Source of the DNA: Eledone cirrhosa
Taxonomy: Eukaryota
Assembly: GCA_964016885.1 (NCBI GenBank)
Contig: OZ024740.1
Location: forward strand, 302,064,001-302,128,000
DNA length: 64,000 nt
Direction of reading: 5' to 3'
The notes beneath the pieces were generated by a model that made no database searches, was not told where the DNA came from, and was given only the letters and a program-made list of their open reading frames with translations. Below are positions 14,559 to 28,133 of this stretch, piece by piece (position 1 is the first letter of the stretch; every line of letters begins with the position of its first letter). A program made the position numbers and the translations under genes.

Positions 14559-17500
14559 GCTCTCTCTCTATTTCTCACTTTCTTTCTCTCTCTCTCTCTC
14601 TTTCTCGCTCTGTATTAGTGTCGTCATCGCGGGTGGTGAATTAACGGAATCGATAGACCGCTTATTATAAGAGCTAGTGAAATGCACGTTACTTCCTTTA
14701 TTTTCATTTCGAATTGTGACTGGGGTATTTCTGCTCGTTGTCTAAACTTAAATATACCACCTCCACTGTTAATAAACGATATATGTTAATTATAATACAT
14801 TTACAACGTCTATATTCATTGATATCTTTTTTTAACTAAAAAAAATGATAATAATTTATTTCTGAATTGTATCATATTAATACAGTTTAAAAGAAAAAGA
14901 AAAAAGATTGAGAAGAAAGAATGGGATATAAAATAGGAAAATATGAAGAAAAAAATTACAAAAAATTAAAAGGGAGGAATGGTAAGGACGCTAGTGTCAC
15001 AGCAGAATGTGGGGGGGGGGGGGGGATTGGGCTCTAAGCCTAGGGCGATGTTGTGAGGCGCCTGCACCCCGCCGGCGAGGCCGCAAAAGAATTCCCGCTA
15101 ACAATGGCCAGCACCAACCGCTGCAAAAGCCACCCCACCTCGCGAGGTTCCCTCCTCGGGCTGCCGACTTCCCGATCTTGTAGAGGAGCTTGACTCTGCA
15201 AGGTCCAAGTACGCCTGAGGTCTCGTCGGTGACGGGTTCTTCTAGAATTGAGTCAAATACAAATATGAGTTCATCAGGTTATTTAACTCTTTATCTCTAG
15301 CAGTATAAAAGGCACCCTCGATCTCTATGACCAGGACTATTTTCAGGTTAAACGACTAAAAAAAGAGATTTCTACTAGTATTACGATAACAAATTATGAA
15401 TGTGATGAGGATAACGCAAAGTATTTTTATTGTATAATGCAGCTTTATCGATATTTAATGAAAAACTGAAATTTATAACAAACGTGATTTAATGCTATTG
15501 ATTTTAACTCTGTTAAATCAATGGCAGTACAGCATATAATACTTCGGTGATAATACTCTAAGTATTCAGTCAGGTACAGACATGAGTTGACCAGGGTATT
15601 TAACTATTTAGCTCTAGGTGTATAAAAGACAAACTATTTACAGTAGATTTAAAATCAAAATATAGCAGATAATTAAATACTGACCCCGCAACACATTTTG
15701 TGAATCCACTGATGTAATCGTGATGTCAACGATATAAATTTGTTCCTCGGCTTTTTTTTAGTTGCAGAAAGACGTTAAATGATAGATTTATTAAAAGACG
15801 AATCAGAATGACTTCATTTATCTTCGCCATTTTCCTTCTAAGTATCAAATTTATCTTTCATCTTGCTGGAATTAAAACGAATGAAGCAAAAATCTATTAA
15901 TTTTTATTAATTGGGTTTTTTTTCCTGTTTTTATTTTTACATCACATATTACAACAATCAATGATTACAACAATATGTACGATTTCCTCATTACGTATGT
16001 TGCTCAGTATGGTCTTATTAGTTTAAGAAAACGAATGCATGCGAATGTTCTTTCGAGAGGTAATTTACACATTAGGATTCTAGTTTCATAAATTCGGTTT
16101 CATAAATTCGTTTTCAATTATGAAAGCTTTTGAGAAATTATGACTTCCTGGAAGTTCTGTGACGTGCATACAAAAGCAATCCTCGTGGATAAAATTGTTA
16201 CTTCATTTTAAGATGGTTTTGAATGATAAATATTTTCTATTGTTTGCAAGCAATTGTTTAAAATAATATGAAATTGTATATTTAGATAAACAAACTAATC
16301 AGAATTTCATAGATTATTTATTTATATGTCTTACATTATAAATTTCTTTTTTTTAACATTCTGTTCCATCTTCCATCTATTTGATTATAGGCGAAATTAA
16401 ATGTTGTAAAGAATAGAATGCGTTAGTTCTTGATTGACGCAATTTACATTATTTGGAACATTAGGGTTTATAACATAATCTATGAAAAATTATTAACTGC
16501 AAATACTCAAATGTATGTGGACATATATCGAGTACATATATTTAGTGCATCATTTAAATTCATATTATATGTATATGCTTTAATATTCTACTCGTAGTAT
16601 ATACTTAGCATTTTAAATATTGGACGAACTGTATATATATATGTTGGCTCTTCATCCTTTGAATTCTCTTCGAACTAGGGGCAAGATACTCTATTATAAG
16701 GACATCACATAGCATTCTAATGTACAATATGCAGACATCTTAAGCACACATCGCCGCAAGTTATTTTCAAATATTTATGTCTATATTTATGTTAGTTTTA
16801 CCAGTTTGAATTGCTTCTTGACACGTTATAAAATGTGACCAACATAATATTGTTGCTCACATACCTGGAATTATGTTGCTTCTACATACAAAAAATGAAG
16901 TAACCTATCAGCACATAGGGAAGTCAGTATGCGGGCGATCTAATAGCAAAAAAAATGTCTTTCAATCTAAAGCCTGCAATCTTAATAGATTAAAATACTC
17001 AACACTGCAATTCCCTTTTACATTTGAATTATGAAAAAGAAATGGCGCAGACATTTGTAAGGAAGTAAACAGAACAATATCGTAGGACTTAACCAAAATA
17101 TTTGTGCAATTTAATTGAATTTGCACTTTCCAAAATATACTTAGATTAAATATTATTCAAATATTTTCTGTCGATAAAGTAACAATACCATATCTGAAGA
17201 AGGAAACGTGATTTGTTTTGGTTTTACACATTTGAAACTATCACAAATATTGCCAGTAGAAATAATCTGTGTGTAGTATCCATACATTCGGATCAGCTGA
17301 AACTAATTCCATAGGTAACTGATTCTCAAATTTAGAAAATATTATATAATATCGAGTTTAAATTTGATCATTAAATGCAGATTTGTGAATACTGGAAATG
17401 AATCACAAATGTTCCCTATATGTGTCTACAATAATTGTAGTTTAGTATGACATGATTCGAATGTCCTTTATTTTTTAATAAAATGTAAAGATATGATATA

Positions 17501-17853
17501 AAAGATATATGTCTATACTGGATAGAGATGTATTTTATCCTTTCTATCAATGAGATGTCTCTTTAGCCTGGATATATTTTCTTCCTAGCCAAGTCCACCT
17601 AGTTTCAGCTATGATCCAGAGTACAAATTGCAACCTATTAAGCCGGTGAACGATGAATCATTCACGTGTATTATATTAATCTGTAATAGTGAATCCGAAT
17701 CCACACATGGTTTATTCTGATTGCATTACATTAAGGGACAATGTTTAATTGCTATCTCTAGGGATAATAAGGCTCCTGATTCATTTGCAAAGCTAAGAAT
17801 AAACACATAACATCATTTCGCGATGACATCTGGATTATCGGTTAGATGCATGC

Positions 17854-17887
<34 letters not shown>

Positions 17888-17899
17888 ATGACAAACAAA

Positions 17900-18430
17900 T
17901 TGTGATAAGGAACCAGGTGGACCATAATGCACCAGAGTACGCGATACTTAGGGTAGTAGAGTGGGTAATAGGAAAAGAGCCAAGACCCCGTTGGCAGAGC
18001 TCCCGCCATTTCAACAGCTGAATCCGAACTAATCCGGTAGCATTAGGACGACAGGGAACAAGCTGAACCTATCAAGGGTTTCAGTCCATATATGGGATTT
18101 CAATCAAAACAGAGTAGACGTATTGTATGAAACAATCCTAAAAATTGTTGTTTTTCTTGTCTGTCACGGGGAGTGGTCAGTGATTTTGGTATGTCATTTA
18201 CATGGTTAAATTCCTTCATAGCGGCGGGGGAAGGCGAGGCTGAACTGGCCTGTAGAACAAAGGGGAGGGAGTAAGATGTCATTCTGATCTGAGGATGCCA
18301 GGCCGGTCATGCGCTAAGAGAGAATTCTTTACAACTTTTCTCTCAGCATATGAGAATCAAGGAATGTTGTCGAGCGAAAGTGAGTATGCCAAGTCTAACA
18401 GTTGGCTAAAGAGCAAAGCATATAAAGGTT
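17900..18430 (-). mobile_element. Non-autonomous PLE-like fragment ('GACGGCAGAGCTC' pLTR family)
   Basis: 17900-18020 matches 1635-1750, and 18225-18270 matches 51810-51857. Confidence 0.5.
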
Positions 18431-18834
18431 AACACTATTTCAATTCCTAATTAATAAAATATAATTATCAGTTAATCTAATGCACCGGAACGGCACATCA
18501 ATGTAGTAATTTACCAGTATTATCCTCCATAAGTATAACCCCCCGCAAAAATAAATCATTGCTGTTTTCGGTCGGTACTATGTATATATAACAAGAGAGA
18601 GAAAACACGTTTTCATATAAAAAACCTTGGAAAACAAATATATATATATATATATATATAGAAGAGATTCTACAGGACTAGAACTGTTTCATACTGTGGT
18701 TACCTCCGATTCAACCCGGAATAACGTATATATATACAAGTTAATATATATTAATATTTGATAAATAAATACATGCGTGTTTGTATTGCAAATGTCAAAG
18801 TTAGCTAGACTGAAAGAAACTAATTAAAATGAAT

Positions 18835-18894
<60 letters not shown>

Positions 18895-18901
<7 letters not shown>

Positions 18902-19194
18902 AAAAAGGGATGAAATCGAAAATGCAACTGAAGTCTTATTTTTTTTTTAAATATATATATTTATTTGGTTCCTTTACCGCTTTCGCAGTTCTTCTGCTTT
19001 TCAAAAGGTGAGTTGAGATGGAGGGTCTATGGTTTTTCTCACAGATGTGAGAAAAACCACAGACCCTACATCTCAACTCACCTTTTGAAAAGCAGAAGAA
19101 CTGCGAAACCGGTAAAGGAACCAAATAATTATATATATTTTTTTAAAAAATAAGACTTCAGTTGCATTTTCGATTTCATCCCTTTTTCTTTATA
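18895..19194. repeat. ~150-bp-arm fold-back palindrome of a pLTR-like sequence
   Basis: The arms are reverse complements around CTCACA-GA-TGTGAG (loop 19044-19045). Contains GAAACCGGTA. The same sequence recurs at 63948-64000. Confidence 0.9.
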
Positions 19195-19356
19195 CTTCCA
19201 CTCGTGTAGGACACCTCGGTTATTTTTCATTTTGTAAAAAAAACCTCACTTTCTAATATATATATATATATATATTTGTCTTCCAAGGTTTTTGATATGA
19301 AAACGTGTTTTCTCTCTCTTGTTATATATACATAGTACCGACCGAAAACAGCAATG

Positions 19357-19946
<590 letters not shown>

Positions 19947-20223
19947 GGCCTGCCCGCCCAGCCAGTGGGATGGTGTTATCTTATTTCAGTTCCTCAGTGA
20001 AATAACAACCCAACCAGGAACTGGGCATATCAGAATATTGACAAAGTTAAACACCTCAACAACATGTGTACTCGTCTCTACCACACTAATTCGGACCGCC
20101 TAAAGAGGTCACAGCCAAAGGTGGCTGTCACCGAAATATATATAGCAGTAATAAACGAAGCCAAATTTTAAGTATTTGACTTATTTATTTTATTTTATTT
20201 TATATATATATATATATATATAT

Positions 20224-20351
20224 CCGGCCTGTTTTGGTTGGCCACTGGTGCAAGAGGGAGTTCATTGCTGCTGCCCTTAGGTTTCCCTCGTGCCTTGCTG
20301 TGGGTTCATCCGGGATCCTGGATAGCAAGTTGTCGAGATGTTTCTTGAAAA
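20224..20351 (-). pseudogene. CR1-like LINE ORF2 C-terminal fragment
   Basis: Minus strand translates FKKHLDNLLSRIPDEPTARHEGNLRAAAMNSLLHQ, a CR1-type C-terminal motif. Confidence 0.55.
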
Positions 20352-20666
20352 TATATATATCCTGATTCTTCTTTCAAAGATATGTATGTATATATATATA
20401 TATATATATATAGTATTAGTTATACTATTTATGGTTATGTAAATACAAAACCTTAAGCAGTTGTAAGTATTTTACACACACCCTAAATAGTGGTAGGCAG
20501 TAATGTATTACTACCTTGTGTGCATGCATATATATAAATTGCAGCTAACTGATAATCCGGACGTCATCGCAAAATGATGCTACACACACATATATATATA
20601 GATATACATATATATTCACCCAGACCTGCACGTATACATATATATGTATACGTGCAGGTCTGGGTG

Positions 20667-20746
<80 letters not shown>

Positions 20747-20761
20747 AGAGAGAGAGAGAGA

Positions 20762-20797
<36 letters not shown>

Positions 20798-20801
<4 letters not shown>

Positions 20802-21156
20802 TTTCTTTATTAGCCACAGGGGCACAAAATAAGGGGACAAATACAAAGGGGGAAGTTTACATACAATAAAAACGTGTAAAATACTATCACAAATGCAATT
20901 TAAAAATTAATCGATTTTCCCCAATAAGGGAGACATTTCATATGGGTACACATACCACCGAAAAAATGTGCAACCCTCAACTCCAGGAGTACGAAGTGTT
21001 TGTACCCCTTTCCTATCTTACTCTTTTTCCTCAACCTACAGGCTGATATAGAGAGAAGGCCCATTCACTCGGGCCATTCTCGCCACTTTCACCCACCTTT
21101 CATAAAACTTGCTGGGGTACAGCATCTCTCTCTCCATCCTGATTCTTCTTCGAAAG
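20798..21156 (-). mobile_element. 5'-truncated Tx1/L1-like element (ORF2 end + 3'UTR)
   Basis: FRRRIRMEREMLYPSKFYERWVKVARMARVNGPSL is homologous to the C-terminus of ORF 25172-25864. Ends AATAAAGAAACATC, followed by (TC)n. Confidence 0.8.
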
Positions 21157-21240
<84 letters not shown>

Positions 21241-23449
21241 ATGTATATATGTGTGCCTGTGGGTGTATGTTTTATACAAAAATTCATTGACGTTTTCATC
21301 ACAATTCTCATCTGAAGAAGGAAGAGTTAATGTGATATTGATACTGTCCTTTGTGAATCTATTTTCCAAACATTCTTTATACCAGGCACATATTACTAAA
21401 TTATTATGAGATTACGATTACATGAAGGGATTAGATTTACATTTATAAACCGATACAATTTATAAGATATTGGGAAATTTTGAATAAGTTTTTATCAGAA
21501 TAAACAGATATTATATAAATATTAATTATGAATGAGTTGAATAAGTTGGTTAGATTATATTTAGGGTCAGAGCCTGCATCACAGCCTACATCAGCCGCAT
21601 ATCGGGTGGCTGAGATAACCGTTACAGCGAAGCAGTCTGACCATCTATTCATCACTTAATTTGATGTTTTTATCGTTAACGAGATATGGAAATTAACCGA
21701 CACGTTTACTAAGAAACTGGAGATATTGGTGTTCTTTGAAGACATTGTTTCAAATGTTGTGTTTTAATAGGTTAATATATTATTGTATTATATTGCACCG
21801 AATTACCATTGGATAATTGTTGGGTATCATTGCGTCTCTATGGCTTGACATAAATGGCAATGCGGATAATTAATATTATCATTACATTTATATTCATGAT
21901 TATATTATCTATGTATCGATATAAGGCATCTCTACAAGAAATGAAGACGGTAATTTATGTAAATAGAAATACTTAAAGCTCAAATGAATTAATATCAGTT
22001 AATGCCCTAAATATTTGGTAGGTCAGCTCCCAATGATGTATTCATACCAGCTTTTGTCTTATCGAATTATACAGGAGCTACTGATATACAATACAAAGCT
22101 GGACATTCATTTACACTAAGCAACGATTACTATAGAATTTTATTCAACTATGCACTCTCTTAGCAGTCGATAATATTATTGTTATAAAAGTACAATAGAT
22201 CTCTGTACATGTACCATTCAAAAGTATCGAACCGGTGTGAGAAAATCAAAACTACACCAGGTAAATTGCATTCAGCATTTCCTATTTTTATTCAGCATTG
22301 TTTCTAAAACCAATTTTTAATTTCAGCGAACAGCACCATTGAAGTTTGTCGTGGTTACAATTGTTGTAGATATATAATACATAGTGAAATGCTTTCGAAA
22401 TAATACATCGCCAAAGATCAATATGTTCGATAGAAACAAACAAGAATGTGTGGTGTAAAAGGCAAGGAATATTAAAATATTTTAATATCCTGTAATAGAT
22501 TTCATGTTTAATACCACGATTTGAGAGATACTCGAAGCAAAAGACCTAAGACGGAGAAATTAATTAATTTTATCTCACACATATGCATGTATCCCCTTAC
22601 AAATATTAACTTTGCCGGCAATTTTAGAAAAAAATAAAATGATTAAAATGCGAAATGGTAAAATGTAATATTTCGATTGAATTTAAAATTTATTATACTT
22701 TTATATTTCTTTATATATATGTTTTTTGAAATATCCCACTCCTTTCTTAATGTGTATATATTTGCTGTTCATTCTTTGGAAATTTTCTAAGTAATATAAC
22801 GTTTTGAAAATTATATATTCTAATTGTGTGAATTTAGTTACACTTCTGTAAGAAATCCTTCACTTTGATAGTATATATTTGGTTGTCTCGAAGGTGTTTC
22901 GTACTGAATACACATTTCTAGCGATGTAAAGATTCCCAGCAGCCAAAAAATTGCAGAATTGTGGATTGCTTCACTAGGTTCGTGTTTATTCTACAGAAAC
23001 ACATATTAGAATGCAATATAATCACATATAGTGGTATTACGCCCGACATGTTCTGGGGAAGAGGGGGGTGGGGGTCAAAATCAATCTGAGTTTTTCTGTG
23101 CAAAGACAGAAATCAGAGTAGTTTATGAGCTGTGGTATTCCGTATTATCCTCACGTGTGTGACCACATTGTTACAGAGCGATGGAAAGGTGGCGGTATTC
23201 TCTGTGAATTTACAACTTGGTGAAAATCTTCTTCGTATCTGAAGACTGTAGGCTATCATTAAGTACAGATTTGAACCGATCATTGATCTACAGAAATTCT
23301 TTGACAGTGCTCTGGTTGCTGACATGCAACAATTTTAGCCACTGTTACATCTTACATAAAATTATTTTAAAAGAAAATAGAAATCATTTGGAAACGTCTC
23401 ATTAAACTGGTTTCTTCAATCCGCATCTTCGGTAGAACAGCAACAACTG

Positions 23450-23762
23450 ATTATATACTGCCAAATAAATACGTAGGCAACATCATTTTCAGTATTTACC
23501 CACTGCACAATTGGCTTCTAATCCATATCAGACAGACCTCTGTAGCCGCTTGAAGTCTCTGAGTGAGATTTCTATCAAACAACATTCTCAAATTTCATAC
23601 CAAGTTCTAAGTCTGCGAGTCCACTCCCCTGAATTGATATGAGGGTAATAGCTGACACGTTAACACTCTCTATGCATTTACTATCCAACCGTTCCAGAAG
23701 AATGTTCAATCACCTGGTGAGAGATTGTGGATGTACAAGGTATGAATCAACACCTTCCAGGA
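23450..23762 (-). pseudogene. Decayed APE-type LINE (RTE-like) RT fragment
   Basis: Minus strand: EGV...LNILLE...ISIQGSGLADL...YGLEAN...KMM, resembling GVRQG-LFNI.LE-FADD-YGL.IN.KT. Confidence 0.35.
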
Positions 23763-24142
23763 AATTCAATTAAAACCATATATCGAATTATATGAATTAC
23801 TTCTATGTTTAAATATAAAAAGCTCTGTCTTTCGTATCAAGAAACCACACACAAGTTGCTGAAGTATTTATTCAGATAAATAATAAGTTCGTATACGGAA
23901 GTTATACGATATATTTATGTATAATAAAAAATTATTTTAGGTTCGTTCAAATATTTAATAAGCTGTAAAATTGCAACAGCTCTCTCAGCCACACAAGGAA
24001 AGTGACTGACGAAACAGTTTCTGGTGTATTATCTGGCCTCGGAAGAAATTACTTTGCTGCCGAGACAAAAATAAGTTAAATGTTTATAGTTCTTTGGCTA
24101 TTAGTACTATTACATACAAACACACACACACTTACGCACGCA

Positions 24143-24181
<39 letters not shown>

Positions 24182-24426
24182 ACACACACCCATATGTATA
24201 TATCTCTATCTCTATCTCTATCTATATATATATATTATAATGTATATATATATATTAAAATAACAGATTAAAGTTTAAACAAAGAATCGCTGCTTTCACC
24301 CTTAACGGGACTTTCTGAAACTAAAAAAATCAATCTGTGAACGCAGAAATAAATATTTCGAAAAACGTTGCAACCGAAGGAAAACAGGCAGATGACACAC
24401 ACACACACATGTCTATATATATGGAT

Positions 24427-24463
<37 letters not shown>

Positions 24464-24471
24464 GATATAAT

Positions 24472-24659
24472 AATTGTTTCTACTTTAGGCACAAGGCCAG
24501 CAACCACCAGTTCATTACTGGTACATTATTTTATCGACCCCGTAAGGATGAAAGGCAAAGTCAACCTCGGCGGGATTTGAACACAGATCATAAAGGGACG
24601 TATCTATGCTGGAAAGCATGGCGTCCGACACTCTACCGATACTGCCAATCCGCCGCCCT
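24472..24659 (-). mobile_element. tRNA-derived SINE (same family)
   Basis: Aligns over its full length with 3156-3341. Confidence 0.9.
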
Positions 24660-24721
24660 GTATATATATATTAGTAATAATAATAAGAAGAATTGGATAT
24701 ATATAATAATAAGAATAAGAA

Positions 24722-24891
24722 TAATAGTTTCTTCTTTTGACGCAAGGCCAGCAATTCACCAGTGCATTACTGGTACTTTATTTTATCGACCCCGTAAGGA
24801 TGAAAGGCAAAGTTAACCTCGGCGGGATTTGAACTCAGAATGGCAAGGGCCATAACTCTATGAGTCAAAGCATGGCGTCCGGCCCTCTACC
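24722..24891 (-). mobile_element. tRNA-derived SINE (second subfamily, 5' clipped)
   Basis: Same core. A diagnostic GAATGGCAAGGGCC..AACTCTATG segment is shared with the 35467 and 56216 copies. Confidence 0.88.
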
Positions 24892-25171
24892 AAAAGAATA
24901 ATAATAATAATAATAATAATGATTTATTTATTAACCACGAGGGTTTACATAAAGTAGACATTAAGGACAGTGCAGGGCAATACAGGACGGTACAAATGGG
25001 CATTTCTGCGTGTAAAAAACAAAAACAGAGGATGTAACAAAAAAATAACAATGAAAAATTCCCCAATAGGGGGGAGACTTCGGAGGGACATATGTGGAGA
25101 AAGCCCAGTAAAAGGCCACACTGACCCTGACCACAAAGGCAAGTGCCCTCTCCTAGTTTTCCACCTTTAAT

Positions 25172-28127
25172 TTACAGATACGTACTCAGAGTAGGCCCAT
25201 TCTCTCGGGCCATTCTTGCTTCTATCACCCATCTTTCAACAAAATGCCGGGAAGAGAGCACTTCCCTCTCTACCCTGATTTTCCTTTTCAAATGAAATTT
25301 GGAGAAGTTAATCAGGGCATCACCGAAGAGGTAAGTGCTCGTCTTCAGCCCTTTCAAACGTGTCCACCATACTATCTCTTTCGCCATGGCCACCATACAG
25401 ATAAAAACTACCTGCCCTTCCTGGCTAAAGGAAGAGGGCGCGGCCATCCTCACGATGGACTCAGATGATAGCCGGATCCGTCCTACACGCGACAGCAGGT
25501 GTTCGACATAAACCCACAAGTCAGATATTTTCGGACACTGGAAGAGTTCGTGCAGGACGGTTTCGTCGCCCTGCGCGCATCTCGGACATGCCCGGCTGAC
25601 GCCACCTCCATGCCTGTAGAGTTTATCCCGAACTGGCAAGGCTCCTCGGTAGCACTGCCAGGCCAGATATTTCTGGAAGTTGTCCATAGGTCCCGGCCCG
25701 AAAGTTCTTCCGAAGAGATTGGCTAGTTGATTTTCGTCGACGCCTAGAGTTTCCCCAAGTACGTCGTCGCTCTTCCCCTCCACTAATCCTCTATAGAACG
25801 CCGAGGTGGGTTTCCACCGATCACATTGCCCGATTGGTCGAGGGCTGTGAGCGCCTGAAGACATTCCAGTCTCCAGGCGCTCCCTCTCGGTCTTCGCTTG
25901 ACCCAGGACTGCAGCTCCGTCAAGGAAACGAGCTGGGGAAATACGTGTCTAGCAAACGGTGACCACACCTGATCACCGTCGAGGAAGAGGTGGAGATGTC
26001 GCTGCCTGAGCGCGCGTCTGCGCATCATCAGCCACGTAGCGGGTGTTGACAGTAGATAGACCGCCTGACCATCGGAGCGCGTTCCTAACACAAAAAGCGA
26101 AAGAGCAAACGAACCAGCGCAGTCAGGAAGGGCTTAGGACAAGGTACGACGGTCAGGCGGTAGCAGATGACAGACGCGATCTACGCGTTAGCCACCTCCA
26201 CTCGACCTTTCAGGGATAGCTTCCTCTCCGCCCATTTCTGGGTGAGAGAAGCCACCCTGCTCGTCACCTCGTCCCAGTTTTTGTCCGTCTGGAGGTCCGA
26301 ACCGAATCAGACCCCTAGCAATTTAACCGGTCCGTTTCCAGCGCCCGACGACGCTGTTGGACGGCATGGACCTGCCTCTCCAGGTGCCGAGCTGCAGGCC
26401 CACTGACTTTTCCTGGTTGATCATTGCTCCTGTCACCGCTTCGTATTCTCTTAGTGTAGTGCCGATCGCCTCGATGTGTTTGGCGTTCGAGACCACTACG
26501 GTCACATCGTCCGTATATGCTGACACAGATCTTCCGCCTCCTAGTTCGCACGGCACACCCCTCGACCTCTCCAGTTTGTGCAGTAATGGCTCGAGAGTCA
26601 ATACGTACAAGAAGGACGAGAGGGGACATCCTTGGCGGACCGAGCGCATGATGTTGAACGGTTCCGAAAGGTGACCGTTCACTCTCACCACAGAGCAGAT
26701 GTCGCTGTGCATGGCAGCGATCCAGCCTCTGAAGACGGGACCAAAGCCAGCCGCCCTCAGGATTGACGCTAGGTAACGATGGTCAACCCTATCGAAAGCT
26801 TTCGATGATCTAAATTGATCAAGGACCCACCCGTGCCAGGTTCCCTAGCTACCCTCTCTACGATGTATCGCATGAGGTGGAGGTTGCCGTGGATGGATCT
26901 GTCGGGAATGGCACATGTCTGCGCCTCTCCTACCAGACCACCACCGACAAGCGCCAACCTCTTTGCTAGCACCTTGGCCAAAATCTTCAACTCTGTGTTT
27001 AGCAGTGTTATGGGCCTAAAATTATCTATGTTATCCCCCTTGTTCAGATCATTTCTCAGCAGTGCCACCGCTCCTCGGCTCACAGAGCTGGGAATTCTCC
27101 CGTTCTGTTGCCAGTTGCAGTAGACGTTGGCCAAGAGGCCTCCGAACAAGTTTGGCCTCTGTACGTAATGTTCATAGGGCAGACCATCCAAACCAGGCGA
27201 TTTACCCCTTGTGCAGCCAGTCATTGCCTCCCGTACTTCAGCGGCTGTTATCGGCTTTTCGCAACACTCCGCCTCAGTGGCCGAGAGGCGTGGCAGTCCG
27301 TCGAGGTAGACACTAAAGTCCATCCCTCGACCCGGCCCACCGCTGCCCCCGAACAGCTGAGCGAAGTGTCGCTGAAAAGCTTCCCACATTTTCCCGGGAT
27401 CGAGTAGCATGCGCCCCGCCTGGTCCACCAAAGACCGGATCGTGGCTTTGTTGCCACGACGCGCCTCCGCCACTCGGGCCCATTGAAAGGATTTCGTCCC
27501 CTCGTGTCTGAGAGCACACACCCTAGCTCTGACAACGCAGCCTTCGTGCTTTGCATTGAAGAATTGGTCAAGGGCCAATTTCGCCGCAAGTAAGTCGGTC
27601 GCGATGCCTTTGCTAAGCCTCGTCTAATTTTCTTACTAGTTCTCCCTCTAATCTATTTTTCTCTATTGCTAAAGCCTTACTAAGCCTAATGGATTCTATT
27701 CTAATCGCTCTTTTCAGAGCAAACCACCACTTGTTGACGATGGCCCCCGTCAACGCCCGCTTAACAAGTTCGCTAATCCAGTCTCTGTAGGCCTTGCGCG
27801 CTGGTAAGGACGCGTTTAGCTTCAAGTAGCCGGGTCCTCGTCTATGAAGCCTATCTAAATCAAGTACACAGATCACGTGTAGCTGACTATCTTGAATTGT
27901 GGACAGCCTATGCTAGACCTATCTATTTGCCTACAAAATACTCTATCTAGATATGATCTGGATGACCCTATGCGATTTGTCCAAGTCCACATTGGCACAT
28001 TCGGGAAATCCAATCGGTACCTGTCAGCCATTTCAAAACGCCTGAGCAGGTTGGTGAGGCTCTTGCACCTTCCACCTCTATCCGCTAATCCCACTCAGTC
28101 CCAGCGTGCATCTAAGATCCCGTTCCA
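25172..28127 (-). pseudogene. Tx1-like ORF2 (partial APE endonuclease, RT, CCHC), disrupted
   Basis: WNGILD, WTW..SRSYLDRVF, KSPGLDG, NFRPITLLNTELKILAK, SVRQGCPLS, AYTDDV, CPRC...ETVLHELFQC. Multiple frameshifts. Confidence 0.9.
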
Positions 28128-28133
28128 GACCAC

